From: Octopus sinensis
Lineage: Eukaryota
Assembly (NCBI RefSeq): GCF_006345805.1
Contig: NC_043002.1
Span: 26,598,001 to 26,662,000 of the forward strand
Direction: 5' to 3'
DNA: 64,000 nt
Every line of letters starts with the position of its first letter. Position 1 is the stretch's first letter. This document shows positions 1 to 13,315 of this stretch, one piece after another. The notes beneath the pieces were generated by a model, which was not told the DNA's origin, made no database searches, and worked only from the letters and a program-made list of their open reading frames with translations. The translations under genes were made by a program, and so were the position numbers.

Positions 1-1189
1 TCACGCATACACACACACACGCACACACACGTCCATTTTATATATACGTTAATGCATTTCCCCTTTCTACTCTCATTTTAAAACAAAAGTAAATATATAA
101 AAATCTTTTCCGGAAATTAACGAACAAAACTGCCTATCCGGATGACAGTTTGTTGAGAGTTTTAATGAAACATAGCCATAGCTTATTATCTATCTACCAA
201 ATAAACAATGTTTTTCACTCAACAACTCCTGTTAGCAATTAAAATAACCTAGGCAACCAAGCGGGTCACACAATTTTGAGGTCATTTTCGGACAATATTT
301 TCATTTGTTTCTAATATTTCTCTTTCGCCTGATGTTTCCAAACATTTATGAAAATGTACACAACCAAAATATTGCATTAAAAGACATCCTTTTCTCTATA
401 TATCATGAAGAAATACAATCTCTCTCTATCTCTCCCACGCATAAAAATGATGTATGCATATGTATTTACAGAAGGTAAATAATACGCACACCCGGTGTTT
501 AGGGTTAGATTTGCGCCGTCTAAATATGTATGTTTATATGAAAGATGTGTGTGTATGTGTGTGAAAAAGAGAGAGAGCGAGTTAGTGACACTTACACATA
601 CATGCAAAAACATTCAAACATCACAACACGCACCTTCACTCACTCACTCACTCACTCACTCACCCACTCACTCACTCAATCACTCATTCACTCACTCACT
701 CACTCTCTCACTCTCTCTCTTTCTCACACACACGTCCATTTCATATTCATGTATATCATTCACTTTATCCTCTCGCTTACTTTCTCCTCTCACTTCAAAG
801 CAAATGTCGCTTTTTCTCTTCATCCTCTCTTTCAATTTCTGCTCTCTTCAAAGCATAAAGAAATTAAAAGAATTTCATGGAAATTAACGAACAATCATAT
901 GATCCCATATATGTCGAGTTGACAACTTTGCTTCTTCAAATGAAAGAATACCATAAAATAACTTCCTTTGACACACACACACACGCTCACACACATGTTA
1001 TTTTGAAAATGAATTCAAAATACATTACAATTTTCACAATTAAATAAGGTCACGCATAAACCTAAGCCTATATATCAAAATAACGATTCTTATATGAGTA
1101 GCATGGTTTCCTTCAATTACAAGTCGCCTATGTGTATGAGTGTGTATCAGTGAGCAGCTGTATCTGCATTCACGGTTCATTATTATCAG

Positions 1190-1905
1190 ATATCATCTGC
1201 TCTCTGCACAATTAAATACCATGGATCACCATCTCAGTCTACCGTATTCCGACCTCATTCGTCTAGCTTATTTCAGTTCTGTCCCGTTCCTGATGTTATC
1301 CATCCCCATATTGGTTTTTTTCCCCTTCTTCCTCTTTTTCCAATCATTTTGCTTTCTGTTACCAGTCTCTGGAAACCATTTTTACTAATTAAGTGTCCAA
1401 AGTATTCCAGTTATGACTTTGATGTTGTCTAATAATATCTTCCCAGTTTTTGCTATTTTTCGTATTCTATCATTTCTTTTGTGTCTTGACCATTGTATTC
1501 TGAAAAGTCTTCTTTCTTCCCATATCTCAAAGACTTGTAATCTATTGTGTTGTATTTTTGTTAATGTCCATTTTTCAGTCAACATAATATATAGTTCATA
1601 CATAGCATTTTTCAGGTTTCGATATTAATGTTTCTTGAGGTTAACATGATGATATTAATGTTTCTTTATATTGGGATATTTGTCATTTTTTCAATTTACT
1701 TTCAAGCTATCTCAGTTCTTCCTTTTGATTTCTCTTGCATATTCCCCATTTTCTGATTGCATATGTCCCAAGAAAATTATTTATTTGTGCCTATTCTGCT
1801 ACTGCGTATCCATCAATTCTAATATATACTTTTAATGTCTCTTGTTTCTTGGTGATTGTTATTGATTCTGATTACTTTCGTTTAGACAGTTAATGTTACT
1901 GCGTG
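1190..1905 (-). mobile_element. Decayed RTE-clade LINE, 3' part of ORF2 (RT C-terminus)
   Basis: Minus-strand remnants read IRIDG..(FLG)..., EKWTLTK..RLQVFEIWEERRLFRIQWS (ORF 1385-1603), LEYFGHL and WMDNI, in the order of the RTE RT C-terminus. Many stops and frameshifts. Confidence 0.8.
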
Positions 1906-2084
1906 TCTAATCTTCCCTATTTATGTACATTAATTAGTGTTTCGGAAAATAGAACACGGTAAAATAGTACCGGGCTGAAATGAGTATTGCTGTCGAAACA
2001 AATTAAAGAAAGCACCGTGTAAACATGTAACTACTTAGCATGTTTTCTGTATGAAAATACATATTCTCTATCTTCAATTCGTTT

Positions 2085-2520
2085 TTCGTGTCTATGCTCT
2101 CCCATCGTCATGAATCTTGGGTAATAACTGTGAGAGGACGATCGCGAATACAAGCAACTGAAATGAGGTTACTCCGATGATCTCTAACTTAATATTACTG
2201 AAAAGGATGCTCATATCGGAGATTAGTTGTCGAGGTCGGAGGTCCAGGTTGAGCCGTTACTTTTTTGCATTGAAAGTTCAAAACACCGTTACTGCAGAAC
2301 TGTGATTACAATGCCACCTGAAAGAGTCAAAAGACAAATTCTTCAAGACAACCGGCAGAACAACTATGAGTAGAACAAGAAAATGATGGTTTGATAATAT
2401 CCATATTCTCAGTTAGTCATCCTTGGAAATCCAGCCAGAAGAAGTTTAATGTCGGTTGTTTCTGATAGGAAATCTTAGGACTTTATCACCAACGTCCATC
2501 CAGGAATAGTGGGGAAAGAA
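2085..2520 (+). mobile_element. Decayed RTE-clade LINE 3' fragment
   Basis: Plus-strand remnant HESWVIT..RSRIQATEMRLLR ... MPPER.KRQIL ... WFDNI matches the RTE ORF2 C-terminal pattern (GxESW, FEMRxLR, WxDxI). Confidence 0.65.
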
Positions 2521-3111
2521 GATGGATGGATGAATGAAATACATATACTTATATTTACTCATAAACAAACAAAGACACGTACAGAAAGCCACTGCGGCCT
2601 AGGCTCTACGAATCAGGTTCTAAGGAAACAGTGAAACGGGTTCATTATCATATATATTGTACGTATAAAGAAAATTTCTTTAGAATCCGCATACTTTTAT
2701 CAGGAGGGTGTACTGATATGGTATTACGTACTTCAGCATAAGAGATAACTGTGTATGTGCGAAGATTTGCGTCAGCATCTCGTGTGTAAATTGAAGCATT
2801 ACACTATAAGAAATTAAATACCCACGGAAACGTCTCCTTGTGCAAAAGATGTTATAATTTGATAATTCTTTTATAACTCGGGTAAGATACAGATCAAAAG
2901 ACAAGAACGATGAAACTAACTGTTTATTTTTCTTTCTGTTTATGGATGTCTTACACGAAATATAACGAATTATCAAATTATACGTTTTCTTCCATTGCAG
3001 AAAGCTTTACGACAAATTTTAGTTTCTTATATGTTCATGTACGCATATGCATGCATATACACACACATACACACGCGGGCATATACGTTCACACACACAC
3101 ACACACACAGA

Positions 3112-3159
<48 letters not shown>

Positions 3160-3263
3160 CTGACAGAGAGACACATACACACAACACGCACACACACATA
3201 TACGGATAAACGTATTAATCTGAATAATTGTATATACAAGTTACAAGAAATAGATATGAATAT

Positions 3264-3304
<41 letters not shown>

Positions 3305-3374
3305 CAAACGCACATATATATATACATACGTACATACATACATAAAACATATATATATATATACATATATACAT

Positions 3375-3406
<32 letters not shown>

Positions 3407-4555
3407 TATATATCAAATACATAATTACACAACATATTTTTAAAATTGGCAAAATTTAATTATATATCATGTACTGCCAGTTTCATTTAGATAATAGTTC
3501 TACAATACTGTCATCGTTTTTTTCACAACCAAAACCAATGTTAATACTAAGTGAAATGAGACTGTAGGGCGCAGTGTTTTTGTTACTGGCAATGGCTTTT
3601 CTGGTATCATTACTTATTGGCATTGGACAGAAACACACTCGCAGACTCGTACAGAAATACATACGTAAATAGACATACACACACATACACACAGACACAC
3701 ACACATATATATACACATACATGGAAACAGACAGAAGCTGATAGCTAGAGATGTATACATGTCTAAAGACTTTTAAACTGAAAACCATTGCTAGAAACAC
3801 TTACTCTCTCGTAGCACACCTTAAGAAAAATATGCTCACAAAATAAACAGAGTGGGTGAAAGAAAGGGAGAGAAAATGAGCGATAAATATATAGATAGAT
3901 AAAGAGAGAGAGAGAGAGGGGGGTGGAGGGGAAAGAGAGAGAAAGAGAGCGAGCAAATGAGAGACTGAAAGGATGACAGAAACATCATAACCCAGATTGC
4001 AACAACCACAATCACATAAAGAAAGATCACACGCATAAACAGTGTGTATGTGTGTATGTGAGAGAGACGAGAAGAAGAGGCAGAAAGAAAGAGAGAAAGA
4101 GAGAAATTGTGTGTGAAAGGGAGAGTGTGTGAAAGAGAGAGACGTGTTTGTAGCAAGGTGTGGGAGATTTAATGCATCTCAGTATTTCTGTGTCTCTTTC
4201 TCCCTCTCCGATTTTTCCGCTGACAATGCCAAATTTAACTTCCCTGTCAGCTCTACTTTGTCAAAAATCTACGGAAATTCATAGTGAGAAAAAATTTTCT
4301 TTCAGACATTTTGTCAATAATTTACCAACATAAAAGTGAGACAGAAAGTTAAACGAAGTTTAGTAGTCGAGTAGTTTAGTAGTTGCAACTAGAATAAAAA
4401 CCGACTTTTCACCGTGTTGAAAGGTCCTGGAAACAAAACATCTCATGTTAAAAATGTCACCATCGAATCCACGGCGCGAAATGGGTGGTTGTTTTAAGAT
4501 CAGTGGTTGTATATATCGCGTTGATGATTTTTAAACTATCTACTATATTTTGTGT

Positions 4556-4800
4556 GCAGGCGCGTGGCTTAGTGGTTAGGGTGTCAGAACTATGATCGTA
4601 AGATTGTGGTTTCGATTCCTGGACCGGGAGACGCGTTGTGTTCCTGAGCAAAGATACTTCATTTCATGTTGCTCCAGTCCACTCAGCAGGCAAAAATGAG
4701 TAACGCTGCAATGGACTGGCGTCCCATCCAGCTGGGGGAACACATACGCCATAGAAACCGGGAAACCGGGTCCATGAGCCTGGCTAGGCTTTAAAAGGGT
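4556..4800 (+). mobile_element. tRNA-derived SINE, copy 1 of head-to-tail dimer
   Basis: Pol III A box TGGCTTAGTGG and B box GGTTTCGATTCC, a CORE/Meta-like central block (gtgttcctgagcaaagatacttcattt...ctccagtccactcagc), and tail gatggactggcgtccc...gaaaccgggaaaccggg. Confidence 0.85.
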
Positions 4801-4803
4801 ACA

Positions 4804-5065
4804 GTGGAGGCGCGTGGCTTAGTGGTTAGGGTGTCAGCATCATGATCGTAAGGTTGTGGTTTTGATTCCTGGACTGGGTGATGCGTTGTGTTCCTGAGCA
4901 AAAATACTTCATTTCATGTTGCTGCAGTCCACTCAGCTGGCAAAAATGAGTAACGCTGCGATGGACTGGCGTCCCGTCCAGCTGGGGAACACATACGCTA
5001 TTGAAACCGGGAAACCGGGCCCATGATCCTGGCTAGGTTTAAAAGGGCGCATTTATTTATTTTAT
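4804..5065 (+). mobile_element. tRNA-derived SINE, copy 2 of head-to-tail dimer
   Basis: Closely similar to 4556-4800, with the same A/B boxes. Ends in aaaagggcgcat(ttatt)n. Confidence 0.85.
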
Positions 5066-5334
5066 TACTATATTTTTTGTCACAGTATAGAATCCACTTT
5101 TTGTAGTGAACAATTGTAATCACGGTAAAATTGAGCGAGCATGTTCAACCATATTTCCGCATATATAAGGTGCACATATAACTTGTAGCGTTTGTATAAA
5201 TAATGCTTATATTGTGTTGCAATTTTCCCTGAATTTATCTATACGCCCTACATATTTGCAAATGCATAGGTACAGGCGGCCACTATCAACTTACATGTTT
5301 ACTCACATACTCACATGTTTACTCACACTCAAAT

Positions 5335-5610
5335 TGTTCCTTCTCAAGCCATGCCTGGCTCATAGGGGCCGGTTTCCCGGTTTCCTTGGCGTATAGGTTC
5401 TTTACCTGGACGGGACGCCAGTCCGTCGCAGGTGAAGAGTGAGAGAAAGTTGTGGCGAAAGATTCAGCAGAAGTTCGCGATTACCTTCTGCCGGAGTCGC
5501 GTGGATCTTAGGTGTTTCGCTCATAAACACACACATCGCTTGGTCTGATATTCGAACCAGCGATCCCTCGACCTCGAGTCTGCTGCTCTAACCACTACGC
5601 CATGAGCTCC
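5335..5610 (-). mobile_element. tRNA-derived SINE (second body type)
   Basis: Reverse complement starts tggagctcatggcgtagtggttagagcagcagactcgaggtcgagggatcgctggttcgaatatcagacc. The body resembles 12993-13315 and the tail is gacggactggcgtcccgtccagg...gaaaccgggaaaccggccc. Confidence 0.8.
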
Positions 5611-6344
5611 AGACATGCTGAAATATATACACATAAGTGTAGTCCTATGTCATTTGATCGTGCATGCACTTATATATACGCAGATATACATACGCATACG
5701 CAGATATACACCAATACACGTTAGTATGGAACTATGTATGAGCATGCAGGTATGCTTATTTGTAGAGAAACCTATATGCTAAAATATAATTCCATTCTCA
5801 ATGCTACATTCATGAAAATTATGTACCCACGGGCATGCATGTGTACATTTGGGGTGCTCACACGCATGTCTGCTAACCGCTTTTAAATATAACCCAAAAT
5901 TGACGGCTGGGCGTAGCTTTCCACATGTGCACCGGCATTTGTGGATATTCATTCGATCTTTTTGAGTCAAGCAAACATTAAATGGGAAGATGTTGTGATG
6001 GCAAAGAAGGTGAAGAAAATGGTTAAAAAATTTGGTAGATGAGTTGTTTTGTAAGAGTAGATGAACATAGGCAACTTTTGGATTGCAGATGGAGGAGAAA
6101 GGGGGTTTAACAGAATCCTTAAAGATTTATAAATGATGGTGAACAAGTGTCCCATTATTTTAGGGTGATATGTAGTGTTGAATTGGTTCGAGTGGTATAA
6201 TGCAATCCCTGGTCAACTGGAGATGTTGAGGATGATTGAGATGGAAGTGGGTTTCATCTTCGACGTAAAAGTTTTTTTAAAGTGTTTCCATTTTGTAATG
6301 ATTTCAAATATGGTATCTAAATATATATTCTTTTCTACTCTATG

Positions 6345-6632
6345 CACAAAGCGCGAAATTTTGGAGGAGGGAGCCAGTCCATTAGATTGACCCAGTGCGT
6401 AACTGGTACTTAACTTATCGACCCCGAAAGGATGACAGGCAAAGTCGACCTCGGTTGAATTTGAACTCAGAACGTAGAGACAGATGAAATGCCCATTTTT
6501 TATTGCCCACAAGGGGCTAAACATAGAGGGAACAAACAAGGACAGACAAAGGGATTAAGCCGATTATATCGACCCCGGTGCGAAACTGGTACATTATTTA
6601 TCGACTGCGAAAGGATGAAAGGCAAAGTCGAT
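6345..6632 (-). mobile_element. Octopus-type dimeric SINE fragment with Nin-like domains
   Basis: Two copies of tcgactttgcct(t/g)tcatcctttc(g)...gtcgataa..aagtaccagtt on the minus strand. Same family as 61335-61741. Confidence 0.8.
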
Positions 6633-7124
6633 CTCCTCTTCACACTGTCTCGCTGTTTGTTGCTCTTCAGTTTCCAATCCATTATGATTTCCCTCTAACC
6701 CTTACACTCATGTTGTCTTCATCTGGCCTTAAGGCTGCATTCTGTTTTATTTTATTTATTTATTTATTTCCTCTTTGTCCTTCGTCCATTCTCTTACATT
6801 TGTTCATTTTCGCATGTCTACCTCTGTATAGCACGTTATCCATGTATTGTTTGTTTCTTCTCACTCCAATACTCTACGGGACTCTTGTGGATGCCTCCAG
6901 CTGGGAAGTAATCTTATCGTTAAAGGCACGAATTTGCGTCATTACCCCTCGGTCGATTATTGATGAGGAATAAGGGACTGTTTGTGTCTGTTGGTTTTCC
7001 GTTCGCCTCTGCCTTTAACATATGTCCTCCGTTCATTTGATGCATTTAATATATGTTGTTTTTTTTTAAACTTCCCATTCTGTGTCTCTTTTCGTTTCTG
7101 TATATTTACTATACATTCTTTCAC

Positions 7125-7177
<53 letters not shown>

Positions 7178-7197
7178 CACACACATGTATATATATG

Positions 7198-7229
<32 letters not shown>

Positions 7230-7230
7230 A

Positions 7231-7271
<41 letters not shown>

Positions 7272-7365
7272 TAGTTCGATTGATAGATAATAGATGTGGA
7301 TATCTCTCTATCTATTTATCTAACTTAATATCTATTCCTATAACTATATATTTGATATGTTTTAC

Positions 7366-7422
<57 letters not shown>

Positions 7423-8044
7423 TGTGAGTGTATGCGTGTGTGTGTTTATATCTGTGCGTGTCATTGTTTTTGGTCTGGCAATTATTTTATAATTCTTGTA
7501 CCTATGTAGACACACACACACACACAGACACACACGCACTCAGATACGCACACACATACACGCAAATACTTGTGTGCATGTATCTGTGTATAGAATGGCG
7601 CTGTGTCATTTGTGTGAAAGGTTATTAATACTATTAAACGATTATATGATAAATAATCCGATCTTATACGAAAATAACCATCTGTGTATCCAGCAATAAT
7701 TAATGCTTTACTAATATCATTATTTTTAGAGACCAAAATACTTTGGGTATGAACTAATAGCTTCCACAAATAGAAAATCATATCAATTAGCTACACTTCA
7801 TGTGGTTTCCATTATGCTTGAAATAGCAGCCAAATATCGCTGATAATCTCTTTCAAAAAGTGAAGACACATTGGGGGATTTAATGTCCGATAAAATTCTT
7901 TTCCTGGAAAGTCTGTATAGACGTTTTTAAACAATAATAAACTGCTATATTTGCTAATATTAACTTGTATAATATAGAAAAGCTAATGGCGCTACCTAGA
8001 CATGATGACCAGACCTTTCAGAATTTTCTTTTTATAAATATAAG

Positions 8045-8427
8045 CGCAGGAGTAATTCTGTGGTAAGTAGCTCGCTTACCAGCTATGTGGCTCTGGGTTC
8101 AGTCCCACCGCGTGGAAACTTGGGCAAGTGTCTTCTAATATAGCCTCGGGCCGACCAAAGCCGTATGAGCGGATTTGGTAGACGGAAACTGAAAGAAGCC
8201 CGTTGTATATTTATGTATATGTATGTGTGTGTGTGTGTGTATTTGTGTGTTTGTCCCTCACCATCGCTTGACAACCGATGTGGGTCTATCGGTTCGGCAA
8301 AAAAGACCGAAAGAATAAGTACTAGGCTACAAAGAATAAGTACTGGGGTTGATTTGTTCGACTAGAGGCGGTGCTCCAGCATGGGCGCAGTCAAATGACT
8401 GAAACAAATAAAAGAATAAAGAATATA
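8045..8427 (+). mobile_element. Major Octopus-type tRNA SINE, full length
   Basis: Head cgcaggagt..ctgtggtaagtagctcgc...gggttcagtccc, CORE-like ttgggcaagtgtcttcta, internal (GT)n, and tail ggcggtgctccagcatgggcgcagtcaaatgactgaaacaaataaaagaataaagaata. Confidence 0.9.
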
Positions 8428-8434
8428 CTCAGGC

Positions 8435-9730
8435 CTATTGCCCATTTTTTTACGAGGGGGGTAACCAGAACAAGAGACACCAGGCATTCCATTCATTTCT
8501 CAACTCAAATAGGAGTGCCCCGTTCTTTGTTCGGGTCAAGGCATAGAACGCAACCCCCAATATCAGTAGCGATGGCATATGTTTGTTTACCCTCGACGCA
8601 TAATCCTGGTTCCGTACCCCTTTGAGGAAAATGAAATTCACTCATCCGCCAACAAACACTCTCCAAGCTTTCCTATCATAAACTCTCTTGCTTCTCTCAC
8701 TCCAGCACCTCTAACCACCAAAGCTTTTCTCACTCCATCCATCCACACAAACCGAGGTCTTCCTCTGATTCTGCTGCCTACTTCTACCTTCATCTTCCTC
8801 TCCACTTGGCCAAACTACTTCAACATTCGCCTATCTATTTTGGTTGTTAGTTTTTCTCTCATTCCTGCTCCCATTCGCACCACCTCATTCCTCATCCTGT
8901 TCATCCGTGTCACACCAACCACAGCCCTCAGACATCTCATCTCAAACACATCAAGTCGCCTCCTTTCAACCTTTCTCAGTCCCCACGTCGCTGCACCATA
9001 TAACATTGTCGGCACAATCACGCTCTCATGCACACCTCTTTTCGCTTACATACTCAACATTTTATCTCTCAGTATACCTTTCACATCTTCAAGTATCCCT
9101 CCCTTTTGCCAAAAATATCTCACACATCTACCTTACTACAAATATGTGATCTGCACACCTACTTCCACTACTAAAACGACACTGCTTCTCCTCTAGTACA
9201 CTCTCTGTCTGGTTTCCCATCCTAACATTCAGAATTATCCCATACAATTTACCAACCACACACAACAGACTTATGCCCCTAAAATTTCAACACTCACATT
9301 TATCCCTTTTCCCCTTGAACAGTTGCATTATACAGGCACTGCACCAGTCCTTTGGTACTCTTCTCGCCATATAACAAACATTCATAAACCTCACGAACCA
9401 TACAATCACTGTCACTCGTCTTTTCTTTAGACATTCCACTGTACACCCATCTATACCTGGCGCCCTTCAGTTTTCCATCTCCCGCAAGGATTCCCTCACC
9501 TCCTCTCCTCCAACTGCACCGTAGTTCAGTTCACCCAAAACAGGAATTATCTCTTCCTACAGCAACTATACTTTCTTCCTTAATATCCTCCACATTTAAC
9601 AGCTCACTAAAATACACTGCCCATCTCTTCAGGACTGCATTTATATATTTATTTTTGCCGCTGTTGTTCAGCAGATGCTGCCTGAGTGATACCATACGGC
9701 ACTTGAAAGCTGTCTGCACTGATCTCAGGA
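8435..9730 (-). mobile_element. RTE-clade LINE, 5'-truncated, with internal deletion of the RT core
   Basis: Minus strand reads KRWAVYFSELLNVE; RAPGIDG..VECLK..VPKDWCSACIMQLFKGKRDKCEC*NFRGISLLCVVGKLYG..EKQCRF..RCADHIFVVR; then jumps to VIVPTMLYGAATWGL..RRLDVFEMRCLR (ORF 8815-9033). The YADD-containing region is absent. Confidence 0.9.
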
Positions 9731-11210
9731 CTTTACCACTTTCATTTCATCTTAGGTATAGAGCCTGTTAACATCACTGGTTCCGAGTTGTCAGGATTTT
9801 GTGGGTTTTGATATCTATGGGGTGGTTTTCCACTACAGACGAATCAAGTATCCCAAATGTTGGGATCAGCACTAGTACTGCAAATGCATTGTGGGATGTT
9901 GTTTTGTTGTAAGAGGAGAGTTTCGACTGCCATATATTCCTAAGTTTGGTGTAATTTTGTCGGATCACTATCTTTATTCACAGCCTTCATATAATACATT
10001 TTCATTTATGCCTAGGTACTTGTAACATTCTTTGTTTGGAATGGGGGAGATAGTGAGACAGTTGATGCACTGGTTTTGGGTTTGGGAGAGACTAACTTTC
10101 CTCGTTCTATAACCAAATATTAAAATTTCTTTTGGCCAAATTCCATGCCTATATCAGCTGAAAATGTTGTTATTAATTCCAGTTGTTTTTTTGTTATTGT
10201 TGACGCGTTTAGCATAAATCTTGAGGTCTTCTACAAAGAAATTATGATTTACAGCGATATTTCTAGCAGCTGAAGGTCTTAGCATGTAACCGTTTGTTTT
10301 CTGCAGTAGAAAAGATAATGGATTCAGTGCCAAAATGAAAAGAGGTACAGAAAGACTATCTGCCTGGAATATTCCCTTTGAAATGCCTATAATATCTGAA
10401 ACAATTATTGTGATCTCAGTTGGAAAGGTGTATAGATGTATGTATCTTTGTATGTATATATGTATGTATGTATGTATGTATGTCTGTATGTATGTATGTA
10501 TGTATGTATGTATCTATGTATGTATGTAAGTATGTATGTATATATGTATATATGTACGTTTGTATGTTCTCTTTCTCTTTTTAATTTTAGAGTGAATTTT
10601 GACAAGTCACCTACTTGGCAGCGAAAGTGTGACAGAAAGCATCTTGTTTTAACCATCATACTGTAAATGTTAAGAAAATTTTGTAGATTTGAATAGTCCC
10701 AAATATCGTAACCATTCTCCCTTCAAGGCTCCAAATTCAGCCATACTTTCTTCCAGACAGGTCACTATGTATCTGTTGTTCCAATAACAATAAGATTAAG
10801 CTGAAAGTGTATTTGGGGCACTGGATTTGCAAACTCCTTTTCAATGGTTCATAAATGTCCTCTTTCTCATTTATGTTCTAACCCCATTTATGTCTAGAGC
10901 TCAGCAGAGTTCCACAACAGAAAATAGCGCTTCTTTGTGGTCTCACACAATATCTGGCCGATTGTGTTGTAATTTGATGGCTGTTTTAAATTTGAAGTTC
11001 CACCAATATACTGTGCATGTATGTATGCATGTATGTATGTATGTATGTATGTATGTATGTATGTATGTATGTATGCATAGCCCAAGTCTATTCAGTTCTA
11101 ACAACTGATTATTTTATGACTAAATGAAATCACAATACATGCGTAAATGTATATATACACACATACATACACACATACACACATATACATCTATTTATAC
11201 ATATCTATCT

Positions 11211-11247
<37 letters not shown>

Positions 11248-11314
11248 TATTATCTATGTATCTATGTATCTATCTATCTATCTATCTATCTATCAATCTA
11301 TCAATCAATCTATA

Positions 11315-11361
<47 letters not shown>

Positions 11362-12295
11362 TTATTTATTTATTTATGTATCATATATATCTCTCTCCCT
11401 ATCTATCTATATATTTATCAGTGTGCATCTCCGTATGAATATGCATGTATATAAATGAAAAAAGAAAGCACGCATCTTTATTAAGGCGATTATATGTTGC
11501 GTATTGAATCTCCAATTTAAATAAAATGTATTCTTCAAGAGAAAAGTAATCCATGCATTTTCGAAATATTTTAGATTGTATTTATTTTCATTTCTGACAG
11601 TTAACATTAAAAGCAAGAGCATTGGCTAAATTGGGTACAAAATCGATAATCCTATTACTATGTATAAACGAACGGTTGGCGGTCGTTTGGAAAATTTGCA
11701 GGGAGACAAAATGCCTCCCAGTACTTCCTGAAATCTCGCTACATTTGTAGTTCAGCTCACCCTGAGATCTATGTTACCTTAGAGTTAAAACCTCGTTCTT
11801 AGGTCCATGAAATAAGAACGAGTAAATAACTAAATTCAGCGTAGTACAGTGTACCCTACTACAAAATGGAGAACTTTTTACTTACGCTAGTGAACTTTAT
11901 TAGATATAGAAGCACTAGATTAGTAAATTTATTGCTGTAGTTAACCATATCGTTTTACTTTTATTTTAAAACTTAGTCCAGTTCCATCTTTTCGCAGGCA
12001 ACAATTGAAGAACCAGTCATATTATATAAGACTATTTTCCCCTATGTCTCTTTCGTGCAAATATGTAGACTTATGAGTCAATATAAAAAATTATTATGCA
12101 TATTCATGACGTACATTTCAGTCACAATATTTCTGATTCAATCTAGTTGTCATGAATCGATATAGATCAAATTTCAGTGAAGACAATATTGTCAGGTGTA
12201 GCGGATGTAGGTTAGCCCCAAGTTTAACATGACTGAGATCTATGGTCAAGAGCATGTATATGCATATATGTGTGTGTGCGTGTGTATGAATATAT

Positions 12296-12351
<56 letters not shown>

Positions 12352-12992
12352 ATTTGTGTGTGTGTGTGTAGCTACGTGGTTTAGTCGTTAGGGTGTTGCC
12401 CTCAGGCAATAACTGTATTCTCTTGAGGTCCCATCCCGTGCTGAGTTGCTTGATAACTTGGTATGTTAGACCATAAACAGAGTGAATGTTTACTAGTAAG
12501 AAGTACCCTAACAAGAATTTTACCCATGTCTGATTTTCCAGAGCAAATCAAGCATACAATGTGTTTAAAGAGGGAACATTTGGCTTACGGTCCTTGAGAT
12601 TAATTCTTGGGGAGTTATGTGTAAGGGCTTCAGTTCTATCAGCAGGATTAGGAGAGTTTAGAATACTCCGTCCAAAACCATTAATGTTAGTTAAGTTAGA
12701 TTTGTCTGCCATATGATAATACTTGTACATTTCTTTCAGTATTAGATGTTTTGTAAAGATTAATATCCAAGAAGTATGAATGTTCTGCTTTATCAATAGG
12801 CATCAAAGTCTGCGTGTAAATGTGTTGACTTTCTGGATAAAGATCTTACTGTATTCATTACGTTGTGGGAAAGGAATATTCTTTAGTGAACCCCGAAGAT
12901 ATATGTTCTCCGTCGTGCGAATCGTCTGTTATAAAAACTATAAATTAGATACATAAATTAATTTGTATTAAGAATAGGGTAAGAAAGAATAA

Positions 12993-13315
12993 GTGGAGGC
13001 GCAATGCCCCAGTGGTTAGGGCAGCGGATTCGCGGTCGGAGGATCGCAGTTTCGATTCCCAGACCGGTCGTTGTGTATGTTTATTGAGCGAAATCACCTA
13101 AAGCTCCATGAGGCTCTGGCAGGTGGTGGTGGTGGCGACTCCTGTTGTACTCTTTCGCACCGGCTTTCTCTCACTCTTTCTTCCTGTTTCTTAAGTAACG
13201 TTGCGATGGACTGGCGTCCCGTCCAGCTGGGGGGAACACATACGCTATAGAAACCGGGAAACCGGGCCCATGAGCCTGACTAGGCTTGAAAAGGGCGCGT
13301 AAATAATAAATAAAA
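12993..13315 (+). mobile_element. tRNA-derived SINE (second body type), full length
   Basis: Head gtggaggcgcaatgccccagtggttagggcagcgg, B box gtttcgattcc. The tail is the same as in the 4556/4804 SINEs and ends aaagggcgcgtaaataataaataaaa. Confidence 0.85.

Noticed and set aside
4556-4635. tRNA-like sequences (also 12993, 8045, 61741)
   Set aside because: They have A/B boxes but no full cloverleaf and continue into SINE bodies, so they are SINE heads rather than tRNA genes.
8579-9196. 205-aa plus-strand ORF
   Set aside because: Antisense frame of the RTE element, with no independent motif.
10307-10662. Two AG-preceded open stretches (RKDNGFSAKMKR..., VNFDKSPTWQRK...)
   Set aside because: Polypyrimidine tracts are plausible, but donors are weak and no homology is recognised. 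Not supportable without RNA data.
12557-12713. Minus-strand MADKSNLTNINGFGRS... with possible GTATGC donor
   Set aside because: No recognisable family and no linked exon. Could be chance.
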